This document shows positions 1 to 12,392 of a DNA stretch of 64,000 nucleotides, in pieces. A program made the translations under genes and the position numbers. Below the pieces are notes generated by a model that had not been told where the DNA came from, did no database searches, and saw only the letters and a program-made list of their open reading frames with translations. Position 1 is the stretch's first letter, and the number at the start of each line of letters is the position of its first letter. The stretch covers positions 27,032,001-27,096,000 of the forward strand of contig OZ281496.1 of the NCBI GenBank assembly GCA_965637545.1, in the 5' to 3' direction. This DNA comes from Phallusia mammillata. Lineage: Eukaryota.

Positions 1-200
1 TTTATTTCCGTTTTTACGAGGCAACAATCGATTTGCCGTGCTTTTGTAGCCTTTCCGTGGTTCGTATTGCCAATGCACAAACCCAAACCCCTCATATTGT
101 TGTTTTAACATTCAGCGAAAATTTTTAAGGCTTCATGTGCAAATTACGGGTTCGCTTATGAAACAGAATAGCCTGTGAATGTTTTGGATAAGTTTTACGT

Positions 201-316
201 AAAACGGCCCATTTGGCTGTTGCATGCAAGAAAACGGCCCATTTGGCTGTTGCATGCAAGAAAACGGCCCATTTGGCTGTTGCATGCAAGAAAACGGTCC
301 ATTTGGCTGTTGCGTG
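201..316. repeat. 30-bp tandem repeat, three perfect copies plus one partial
   Basis: Unit AAAACGGCCCATTTGGCTGTTGCATGCAAG at 201, 231 and 261, with a degenerate partial copy at 291. It explains the repetitive ORF 175..360. Confidence 0.95.
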
Positions 317-3004
317 TTAGACTCCCGTTAGTTGTCATGCAAGCAATACGGCCAACATGAAAGAACCAGGTTTCGTAACATGCTGCTTACAAAGGCATTG
401 TGAATCAAAGGAACTTATATTTGGCACTAAACTCTATATCAACGGCTTTGTGTATGTATTGTTAAATAGCAAAAATGTTTAGGACCCAAGAAAAAACGTA
501 AACGATGGCCAGTCGAGAAATGCTAGGTTGAAGGGTTACTGATATAAACGTTGGAGTTAACAACCGGTTCTAACGACGACGTCAAACCATAAAAATATGT
601 TATGGTATAATTTTGAGGTGTGGGTATAGTGTTTGATCTAAAAAATATATGAAATTATTTACCAAGCAAAATAAAAATCAAAGTCATTTTTATTGCTGAA
701 ACAGTTTTAAATACACTTAACTATAACTAAACCATTTTAGTGCCTAAACCAATATTTTTCATTTTGCCTTAATATCGCGTCACGCAATAAGTCACTTAGC
801 TACTGTGTGACCACATGGCGATAAAAACGCGAGTAACAGGGTTGCCAAAGGTTATGGGGTACCGTATGAGTTTTATTGCCACAAAAGAGACAAATTAAAG
901 AGGGGCGCTGTTTTTTCGGCAAATTGAACACAGCCTTAAGGCTGCTTGAAAGTCAGGTTACAAGAAGCAGCCGTCAATGCAAGGCAATAAAGACCCTTAA
1001 GTTTAACAGCAAGGTTAAGGATATGTAGTAGCATCTTATTTCAAGCCAAGGTCGCCATTACAAGTCTTATTGAGCAAAACATGAGGATCACTTACTGATG
1101 AAAACGTTAAGTTTAGGAAGTCAGCAATTTATTAAAGCAAGTCCTGTAGACAATGCTTTGTTAGCTGTTTGGAAATGTTTTCATGTTTAAATCACATTTC
1201 ATTTTGTGCAGTTTTGGAGTTACCTCGAAAATTCAGATTATAAGAATAAAACTGCTCAAAGGCGTAGTTAGATTCTTGCATTGCCTGTATGTTTGATATT
1301 TAGTTCCTGTTTGGTCCGGGGGTGCTTTGTGCATCGCTTGCGAACGTATAGAGGTTGATCACAGGAAACCGTAAAAATATCGTTAAAGCGTAGCCTCTCG
1401 CCCGAGTCGTAAAGTCGAAAGGGGGCCGCTAACAGCCAAAGCTTCATCGCACTTGTGCTGTTTACAAAGAAGCTACCTGTGCTACATCTAAACCGGCTAC
1501 TGTTCCAGTCCACGAAAAAGCTTAGTTATTAGGTTGTGCGTATGAGGCAGAGTTTCGAAAATCGTTTTTCAAGTTAGTTGGGCAGGTTTACTGTTTTTTC
1601 ACATCAGTATATAAGAAGACATACAGTGAACTTATTTCGATTGAAAACTTGATTAGCCTATCTTACATTAAAAAGCGATATTCTTTTGTTGTAAATTACT
1701 AAACGTTTCGCAGCAAACGCTTTATGTGAATAAAAGTATCATCAATTAAATAAACAAATATGTAAACAGTGTTCTTATGAGTAGACATATGTTGCACATT
1801 TAAGTTTACACGAAAAAAGGTTAAACTAAGCGCACAAGAAAAATAAATATAATTTCGAATTGACGGTGAGGTGTAGGTATGCACTGCAGTGTGATGTACA
1901 TAAGCAGCAAAATCGACAGTAAAAACTATAACGCCGTCAATAGGCCTGGCGTACTACTATTTCAATATAGAGCTTGGCATATAACACGATTAATTTAACA
2001 AGGAAGGTCGTATATACAAATTTTATGTCCGCTTAAAATATGTTTTACAGAGTATAAAATTTGTGACGTGGTTTTGCTACACAGTCTTGGTTTAGCTTCT
2101 AGTACATTCTTGCAGTAAAAAATCGTCGGGTAACTTTTATATTGGTTCAAGAATTTAGGTGAGAATATTTTGTGCTTTTTATGGCCAATTTAAAGTGTCA
2201 ATAAACATCTTGAAACAAAACAATATAATTTAAGCTAGTGTTAAAAAAATTTGCTAAACATAATTTATTTAGGACTTAAAACAATAAAATTTATATATAC
2301 ACGGTTTTTTTATTTTATATTATTGCAGATTCACGTTTTTCAATACATCTGTATCTTTTGATAGAAGTCACATTTTCTATCACAAACCCATACTAACATT
2401 TTGTACGATTAGACATTGCAGTTTGCATGAAACAAATGTTTGGTATAGTTGGCTGCACAGCAGTGTCCAAGACAAAATGTAACGTGACTGTAAAATATAT
2501 AAGTCCATGCTTAGTTTGAAATCATGTTGACTACACTCCTTTCCAACAGAAACTGGTTTCGTTCATAAAATGAAAACCAATTATGTTCTAAGCCTATTAT
2601 TTAAATTTAAAAAAAGATGTTTCTTTGGTTGTTTGTTGCATTGTTTTTTTCTCGATCTCGAGGAGCGCTGGGGCCTTTTTTTAATATTCTGATACTTCGA
2701 GATGTTTGTTTAAAACTCTTTAAAGAATTATTTAAACATACTTTTGATAATGAGTAGATATAGGTAGTGAAACACCATTAATGGTCATGCCTAACTTTTT
2801 AAGCATTCTCTTAGCATCTAAGATTTGTCTGATTGTCTTCATGCTAATGGTGCCTGAATTTTAGCGAAATGCATTCTTTTTTCATTACAAGTCAAGGACG
2901 CTATAATTGATTGTTGTTAATAAATATACGGGTAATTTCAAATATAAACTTTATTTGAAGGATCGAAATATTTTTGAACGAGGAACGACGCGAACCACAC
3001 AAGC

Positions 3005-6000
3005 ATGGAAGCAACGGTTCAGGGCACAGCAGCCTGTGTTTTGCCCCCACATCGACATTACTCAAGCTGGTATGCGCCCCATGGGGCCCATCCTATCGGC
3101 CAATCGCCACCGAGCTCATTCCTTCATTTCGGAACCGCTGGTCAAGCAAGTCAAATGGTGGCCGCTAACCAATCCACCAATCCAGGCTCTATGTACAACC
3201 TTCACCCGGGGCAGTACACCCATTATCATCCAGTCGGTGGGGGTAACTCTGGGGGCGCTTCGGCAATGATGCCCCACAGTTTTCATCACCCAAGTACCCC
3301 GTTTGCTCCAGGGGGTGGCGGAGTAGGAGACCCCAACACCCAGCTGGGGCCAATGAATTTTCCAACGATTATGTTCAACATGGACAGAAGCAGTGAGGGT
3401 TTGAACAATTTGAATTTTTTTGAAATTACGAGAAATAGTCAAAATAATGTTAAGTAGTCTAGCAAAACAGGCCTTTCCTACTTCACAAGCTGACTTAACA
3501 AATTCTTCATATTTCAGTGATGTCATGGGCACATATAACCACAACATCCACATGATTAAGATGTTGGTAAATGGCACCCACACCTAAACATCTTTGAGAA
3601 TTACATTTTTAACTCATTAAAATTACAAACAAAAGTCAAAAAATTGTGTTCTGTGATTTTAGCAAATCAGACTGTTCTTACTTCCTAAACTGAATAACAA
3701 ATCCTTCATATCGCTTTAAAAAATTTGAATCTAATATATTTCGGACAGTTTTCGCCTTCAACTACTAGATAAAATATGTCAAAAAATCTTTATACCTGCG
3801 TTGTAATTTTAGTAATACTTTAGCGATAACGTGGGTAATGTCTCTATTTCACAGAGACTAGGTTCCCACACTGTCACAATAAAGGAGCGTATAAAAGTCT
3901 ATTTCATATTCGGAAATATACTGTGCTGTTAAATTCTCTACAAAATTTAAGCCGCTTGACCATTTACGGTGGGATTTACATGTTTTATACGAAAAGCGAA
4001 CCGATGCGACGAATTGTAAAATCGTCTCTCGTATCTGTGTAGTGAAGTTTTGCGATGGCACAAAAATTTCGCCCATAAACAGCTTTTTGCGAGTCTCCGC
4101 AGGCATAAAACACACGCTGTCAAATCTAAAACATAGACAATAACTTCTTAGGCCTGAAAGTCTATTTTTGAGGTAGCTTCAATATAGTTTTCTACATAGG
4201 TTTAAACAATAATGTAGCTTTAAAGTTTAAGGTTTGTATGAAGTGTCAGTATGAGAAACAGGCATAAGACTTTGTCATAAATTGTTTGGTGATATTGTAC
4301 CATAAAGTATGCTTGGTTTTGTACTGAATTTTCCTAGGTTTATAGGTTTGTTTTTCGTTTCGGCGATATTTCTAGCCTTGTTAAAAGCTTTTTGGAATTT
4401 TATGTCTATGAGCAGGCTGTATGAGATAGTCTACAATTTTAGTTGCTGTTTGCTAGTTTGCTACAAGCCTATCTAAAAGTTAAAGAACAGAACGAAAACG
4501 TGCGTACTTTTCAGTGCATAACACTTTTGTTGAATAGTATAAATATTACTAAAAAAATGGAATTGGTCATTTGGTGTCAACCCAATTTTGTTAAATTATA
4601 GGTAAAGTTCATAAATAATGCAAATGGCTTCTTTAATTATTTGAAGAGATGAAAAATAAGTTTTTCTAAAATAGATTTGGGACAATTCAATTTTGATTTG
4701 AAGCACTTACTTTTAATCTCTACTAAATTAAAAGCCGTGTTTGTGTGTTCTGTAAAAGAGTATGATTCTGCAGAAGGGCATGGTTTGGTTGTAATGAAAC
4801 ACAAAAGAATATGCTACCCAAAACATATCAGAAAATGACAAATTTTCAGCTAAAAATTGGGAAAATACATGCAGTTGTTATTGGGTGAAACTGTGTTGCC
4901 AACGATGCGATGCTGATACAACGGTTGACCCCAAAAACGCAATGTAGCCTTTCTAATAGCTTGACTTGGCATAAATTAAAATGTTGGCAAATGGCGCTCA
5001 CACCTAAAACCCTGTTTCAACATCACGAGTAATGTATCACTACTTGACAAGAAAATTTGCCGACCCCCCATGAAGGTAGTTATAATTCATGTGCCAAAAC
5101 GCCTTGCCGCGCTCAATACGACACCAACGCAAATTAACACCCCCATTCGAGCTGATGTGAAATTGTCTATGTTGGAGGCGTAACTGATCACCTACAGACA
5201 TTAAGGTGTCGGTAGGGTTTTATTGGTAGATAACTGTTACCAGCAACATGGCACTGTTTGCACTGGGCAACTGTAATTGGTGTTCGACAGTGTGCGATCG
5301 GTCGACCGGTTAAATGGCTGCGCGGGCCTTGGGGTATCGTTTTACCGTGGTTCCAACCCTTGGTGGTCAACTGAAGGGTCGTGGCTTGAACAACGGCGCC
5401 GACCAAAATTGTGTTTGCCCGTCGACGTATAATGTGTGTGTAATTGGCTCGATCAGGCCAATGGATCAAAATGCTTCGACGCAAATTCAAATTTTTCAGT
5501 TTTGAGGCTCAATTCTGAGCTATGACTTACTTTGTGTGGGCGCTATACGACCTACAGACCACCTAGTGTATCCCATTGGTAGTCGATGATGTATTGGAGT
5601 AACCCGTAATGACCTCAAATGCTATGTTAAGTACGAATGAATGTAGTTTTAAATCTTTATTTCTATTTTTATAAATATGTTTGTCCTGCTGGAAATTTTG
5701 TTGAAAACCATTTTAAATTTAGGTGTGAGACAACTTCTTTCTACGGAAGCAAAAAACAAAATGGCTGCCGTAGTTAATTTAAAATGTTTACTCAAAAACA
5801 AATGTTTTAACTGCAGAACAATTTTAAGTGCTTGCAAACAAACAAGCGTTAATCACATAAAATTCTCTTAAACGTTAGTTTAATGGTTGGTTTTTGGTCT
5901 TTGAAGTCTACACGATTTTTAACATACTATTGGCCGAGTAATATTTGACTTTATGTTTGAAGGGATTTTTTTTCCAACATTAAAATAGTTTTCGTTCTGA

Positions 6001-9000
6001 ATCGTGGTGACGCAGATAAATGGAAGTTTGTCACGTGAATAAAAATGGCGGATGTTGCGACTGTCGACGTCAGTTGGGGACATTAGAAGCGGAAAGATCA
6101 ATCATTTAATTACCTGACAGCGTTCAAGAAAAACTCGTAAAGCGTTAAGTAAACCAGTTAACCGATTTGCTAGTCAAACAGCAGAAAGCGGCAAGCTCTA
6201 TCAAACTGAATTTTATTGGCCCCAATGCTTTTAATATAAATTATAGCATAAAACTTGGTACCTACATACCACATGAAAAGTTGCGCCTTTCTTTTTTATT
6301 AGGGCTGGTGATAAAAATATGGCGGATTTGGGCAACTGATGTACACGTATGGAAAGCGTGGAGCAGTGCCAAAGCCGTTTGTAATGGCTGTTCGTGTAAT
6401 GTTTGCCTTCGAAAAAATACCGAATTTTATTATGCTAGTAACGAGGCCTGGCCTGGGTCATGTCAGTATTGCAGGTGAAAAATCTCCTCTGATCTTTTGA
6501 TTTTACTGCGCTATGGGTCCCCGTGTGTGCGTTTTCACTCTATTTGCACAGCGGGATACAATATGGGGCCCATTGTTCAGCATTTGGTAGCATTTTGCCG
6601 TCTGGTAGTAAAACGCTCCTAAAGTCCTCAATTACAAACCTGCGGTAATTTATGAAAAGAGATCTGCGCAATTTGAATGGCTTCCAGCCAACGAAATTCT
6701 TCTTCCGTTTTATTAGGATTATCCAGCTTGTCGAATTCTGGAATCCCATTGAAAACGTTCCTGGAATCGAGAAACGGAAATAGATTGGCGGTGCGTTTAA
6801 CATGATGCAACATGCGTGTCCTTTTCACATCTTTACACTTCGAAACGTTCTTACGTTTGCGTAGTCATTCTTTGCTTGGTGATTTTTTAGGAGCATTTAT
6901 TTTGCTTTAATCAGCAAAATAAGTCAGAATAAAACTAAAATAAGTAAATAGGAATTTTCATGTCAAATCATTACAGCAAAGCCACTGTTTAGGAAAACAA
7001 AACTACAATAAATGCCAGAATGCTGGACATAAATAATGTTTTTTTATGTAAACATTTGCTAGCATTACTCATAAAGAAAAAGGTTATGTTTGAACTAGGT
7101 AAACGTGTCCCAGATTTTTCGCAATTGACAAATTCTGTGCAATAGTCATGCCAAAATCGGCATAAAAAATAACGAATTTTGTGGGTCCCAAAAATGGTCA
7201 TTTCGTACTCAGTACATATAAATTTTGATTCGCCAAACATTTGCTACAAAGGTTAGGCAAAGTACATGTTGCGTGTTCTTGCACTCAACATATAGTCCAA
7301 AGCATTGTAACGTCTTGTGATACACATGAGCGAGTACTTCATGGGTCTAAATCTGTCATGGGCCTCTGAAAATGGGAGTTTCTTTTTGCAGACACGAAAA
7401 GTACGCGCAAAATGTCAAAAAGTATGATATTTGCAGCGACGATTTATTGATTTAGTTGTCCTAAATTGGAAAATGCGACATGGTGTATACTTACGTAACG
7501 TATATCACATTAGGAAATGACTTTGAATGCTGCAAATTTGAGAAAGGAGAAATTTAGCAATGTTGCAACATAATATAATGGTCCTGTTCAAAAAAACTTG
7601 GTGAAATCAGTTTTTCTTCGTTTTTGCCTACATTGGACTCTTACGCACTCATATGGCAAAGTACTGCTAAAAGGTTTAGACATCCTAGTTGTGGCATGTA
7701 GTTTTCTACGCAAGGTCCAGAGCAGGCAAGGCTTTAATATGCAATTTCATGCTGCAAAAAGATTGATCGTGTCATGTATACGCTGGCGCCAAAACCATTA
7801 ACCAGCACAACGCATAACAAAAATCCTATAACGGTTATACGCTTTGGATATACAATTGGTCAAATAAAGGGGCGCATAGCGCATATGGGGGCCTGCAACG
7901 TTAGAAAAGCATCAATATTTGATAATGGCGTCTTGAGTTTGCTATTTTACGAGCAAAAGGGCCTAGACGGAAAGGGAGCCGAGTTCAGGTCCCGAATACA
8001 CGCGGCGCCAGGCTCCGTTGAAGCTTTTGCGGTTGTGACATCGTAAATTGGCCTGTCGAAGTCTTGGCCTTTGACTCGCGCGCGTTTTTCGCGTCATCGG
8101 CCATTTTGCCGAAAGACTGATGCGTTACGCAAAAAGTCCCTTGTCGAACCGCGCGCAAATTGGCGACTCTTACTTGAACGTTGGTATTAGTGTTGCGTTT
8201 TGCTGTAAAGCAGTGTTTGACTGGATTTGATGTTCGTACTATAATGTGTTAACCTTTTAGCAGCGTTTTTGAAGAGGTCCAAATATATTTTTAAATTTAT
8301 ACAGTGTATGTTGTGTGTGTCCATGTAACGGGGCGATTTTCAACGGTAGAAAACACAAACAACTTCTCAGCCACCCTTTTGTACTTTCAAAAAGCATTTG
8401 TTATTTCTTAATCCCAGTTTCCTGAACTATTTTCTTTCCCCGCTACAAAAGATAAACCGTTACAAACCTCACAGCTATAAAAAATAAGCGTCATATATCT
8501 CACCCACAAAAACAACGTGACTGTACGCTCGGCATAAAGTGTAGTAAATCTATTTTCGAAACTTAATTCAGTTTTGATGACATTTCTCAGCATTTTACAG
8601 TCTCCGCATTTATAATAAATTCAATGTCTCAATGTTCGATGTCTCTTCTAAGCCAGTGGTCGGCAACCGCCGGTCCGCGAGGAGTTCGTTACCGGGCCGT
8701 ATAGTTTTTCAGGTTAAATTTAAAACATTTTGCCGCGTATCCCGGGAAATGATAAACTAATTTAGGCGCTTGTATCGCTGAATAAGTTATTTGTAGTTTT
8801 TGAATGCCGATCCGCTATAAAACTTCAGTTTCAAAAACGGTCCACAGTACAAAAAAAGGTTAAAAGGCTACCGACCCCTGTTCTAAGCAATCAATCTGTA
8901 TGAACTGTCATTAATTAAGACCATTATACTTCATACAGCCATCGGACACCACCACCCAGCATCGCAACATCATTCACGTAAGAAACGCCAGCCGTACAGC

Positions 9001-10018
9001 AAATCACAAATTAGCAGCCTGGAAAGGGAATATCGGGCCAACAACTTTATCACAAGACAGAAACGAGAGAGCATAGCCAAAGATCTGCATCTCACAGACC
9101 GCCAAGTCAAAATCTGGTTCCAGAATAGAAGGGTAAAAGATAAAAAGCTGAAACTTCGGGAACAAAAAGACCAAGTAAGTAACTTGATTGCTTCATTAAA
9201 TTGCTGTTTAAGAAACAATTTAAGAAAACAACCCAAAAGATGTTCAGCAACCTAACTGTCAGCAACCAAAAAAAAAGAATGTAAGGTTGTTATTTGTAAA
9301 TAGATTTTAAACTGCTGTTTTGAAAGTAAATAACCTATTTACACCAAAAAATAAGTAAATACTCAAACTAGTTTAGCAAAAACAAAATACTACTGCAAAT
9401 AGATGTCAAAGAAGTTGTTGCGAGTCCTCTTTCTGAATTAAACACAATTTGAGTTCACTGTGTGTTAGGAAAGTATTCTACAGTAATTCCCTAAATTGTA
9501 CGTTTGATTTACGAAATCACCATATATTCTGCCTACTTTCTGAAGTTGGTAAATTTATTAAAAGCTGTCAGAATCGCAAAAAAACGTGAATGATTACTAA
9601 CCATGTAGTTTTAGCAGTAAATCGTTTGCTTTGTTCTACCATCCCCAAATAGATACAGATTTTACCAAAAAATGTCGATTTGCTGTGTTTGACCAGAAAA
9701 GCCAACAAATGTTTAAGCAATAGCATTGATCCTTTTTTTGATTGGTCCATATACAACAAAATTGCTCCTTTTTAACAACAGCAACAACAACAACAGCAAC
9801 ACCCGCATCATCTTGTACACAACGGACATGTGGAGCCCCATATTGTGAAGACAGAAAGTGATATGGTTGCTACTCATGGTATGGATCAACTCCAGCACAA
9901 AGACCACGCCTTAACCACGCCCCCTTTGCATTTTGATCCACGTCAAAATTTTTCTCCACTTGTTACCCCTCCCAGGGACAGGGTTATGAATGGACACGAT
10001 GTGAAACTTAAGTATTAA
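3005..10018 (+). CDS. Hox13: Posterior (Abd-B class) Hox protein, Hox13-like; 3 exons, ~286 aa
   Basis: Exons 3005-3392 (His/Gly/Pro-rich, donor GTGAG, phase 1), 8939-9174 (homeodomain [57 protein letters not shown], donor GTAAGT, phase 0) and 9782-10018 (poly-Q, ends KLKY*). Phases are compatible and the total is 861 nt. EREY and NRRVK are paralog group 13 features, and the sequence resembles ascidian Hox13 as I recall it (not database checked). Confidence 0.88.
8654..8880. mobile_element. hAT-type MITE in Hox13 intron 1
   Basis: Imperfect TIRs CAGTGGTCGGCAACC / GCTACCGACCCCTG. Perfect 8-bp TSD TTCTAAGC at 8646-8653 and 8881-8888. Confidence 0.9.
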
Positions 10019-10639
10019 GACGGTGATGGGCAGTATACTTTGTTGTATTTTTTCATGTTCTTGAGTTTGTATTTAAAATGCAATTGGTAAACCCTAGGCG
10101 AGGTTAGAGAGTTAATACAGTATTTCAACTATTACTTTCTACTGATAAGCAAGCTCACGGTACAAATTGTATAGTGTTTTAATCTATATTTTTGGCTCGT
10201 GTTCAGATTGTAAAAATCTATAAAATACAAATTGAACATTCAATACTCTTTTAAACATTTTTGCTGTAAAAATCATTATAACTTAAGACCTGAAAAAAGT
10301 GTAAGTGTTTGGTCTGTATTAAACTGTCACAACTTTTCAAACTACAATCACTTTACATGTGTCTACAATTTTCAATTTCAGCAGGTCTTTAGCGCACCCC
10401 AGCGGCATAAATTTTGTGTGGTATTTTCGTATTTTACCTTGAAGGTTTAGAGAAATATTGCATTTGCCGAATTTGAAAACAAGTTCAGTTTACAAGCAAC
10501 CATACTTTGCTATTGCAACAGAACCTTTTTCAGCCATATTGCAACAGTTGACGTATTTGCACATGTTAAACTTATTCATGGTAGTTAAGGTCGAGCGTAA
10601 ATGTCAAAAATATTTGGTGTAATGTATGCACACTTGTAT

Positions 10640-10828
10640 CAGTGGTGGGAATCAAATTTTTTGTCAGCCGGTTCTATCTCAAAAGTCACATTTTCCCGCC
10701 GGCTCTGTTACTAAAAGTCCATTGACAGTAACCAGTAATGCTAAGCGGTTCGCTGATGTCATAAAATTTTGTGAGACGGTTCTATAGGTTCTATAGAACC
10801 GGTGCGAACCGGCTAAATCTCACCACTG
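10640..10828. mobile_element. hAT-type MITE, family A (CAGTGGTGGGA TIR)
   Basis: TIRs CAGTGGTGGGA / TCTCACCACTG. Flanks ACTTGTAT / TCTTGTAT match 7 of 8. Homologous to 18301-18480 (inverted) and 49439-49590. Confidence 0.88.
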
Positions 10829-12392
10829 TCTTGTATTGTGTATTTCATGTATTAATGAGAATAACACTGCAGGACCCTTTTCGATTTTTCTGTGCTTTTG
10901 ACAATCCAATATCGCGAAAATTGCAAGTATCAGCATTCTACTATAGTTTCTATAACGTTGTTGTATTTTTCACCAAGTGCTAACAGTAATAGTAATCTGA
11001 CATATTTCATGCAAAAGAACATTTTTGGTTTTATCACTACATGGGCTTAATGGCCGTACTTCCAACACACAAATACGATAAACCCCAAAGTACACAAAAA
11101 CTTGGCGGCACATCGAATAGGATATTGCTACGTCTGACCTGTGTTGTCTGTTTGTTGGCATTTTGCCCCACTGCTTGTAATTGCAGCACTTTGCTGTGTC
11201 GATTGGCTTTGCTTTGCTTTCCGTTTTCCTTTTTGCTTGTGTTCGAAGGTCGAAGAAAAGTTTAAATCCGAATCAAAAAATGACAATTTCTGCCACTGCT
11301 TCATATGCTTTGTAAAGTGCAAAACATCTCAAGAAAATTCAAACTGTGATATTGCTTTCAGTCATTGCCACAATAAGCGACCTAAAAAAAGTTGCGCTAA
11401 CGTTTCTTTTTGTTGTGCTTGTAGTAACGCAGTCATTTTAATATCTCGAGTTCCTTTCTTCAATTGAAAAAAAGTACTGCTCAAACACTGTAGCTGTTGT
11501 GCAACTGATTCCAGAGTAATCCTTGTCATGCTTGAGTCTAACCGATCAATTACATGCTCAGCATAGCAACCAAATGACATCTTTAAGGTTTAGCTACTGC
11601 TGGTTATAATAGAGACAGTTACAGTTACCTACAAAGACGTATCGTAAACGTTATGAAAAGGGGCAGTCAAGACAAAAGTAGGGAATTTTCTCTGCAAAAG
11701 CACATATTGAATTGACAATAAATAGAATACATGTTGCACCATTGCATTTAACCCGTAATATATCAGAATTTGAACGCTATGTGACCATTTATATGTCTTT
11801 GAATCAACCACAAAAACAAAACGTAATCATTGTAGGGTTTTTCCCGTTGTTAAAAATAATTTGATGTAAATGTTCAGTTTGGAAGAATAAGAATGCAGTA
11901 ACAAGTAAAATTTACAGTGTTTTATTTTCGTGTTTATTTATTAACAAGAAAATTAGTGTGGATGCATAAAAAAACGCCAAACGAAATTTCAGGCCACATC
12001 AACAACGTGACGTCATCATGCATCAGCTGGCAGGTCAAAAATCAGCGATGCGTAACAGGAATGACTTTTCAGTCTGGTTTAAGGGACTGTGTTTTGTTTT
12101 TGTTATTTCCAGTTTTAAGTGATAAAATGTAGTTTTAGAGATGGCATGTTAAACATAGGTTGTAATACATACCTTGATACCCACTATATGTTGCCATTTT
12201 TAGTGGGCATATGAGGCAACAATCAATAAAGTACCGGTCAAAATACAATGCCATTCTTCTTTACTTTTGTTGACAGCTTCAAAAAGTATAGGAGCCTGCA
12301 GTTGTTGCAATCACTATTTGTTGTATTGCTGTTTTATAACCATTTACTGTTTCTTAAGTGTGCTTTGCAACAAAGCATAGCTGATTAAACAA

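Noticed and set aside
201-316. 30-bp repeats as a CRISPR array
   Set aside because: Head-to-tail units with no spacers, eukaryotic context and no cas genes.
10970-11580. Overlapping Cys-rich and Gln/Lys-rich ORFs between Hox13 and SCYL1
   Set aside because: No recognisable domain, no consistent splice structure, and several in-frame stops; cannot be supported as a gene.
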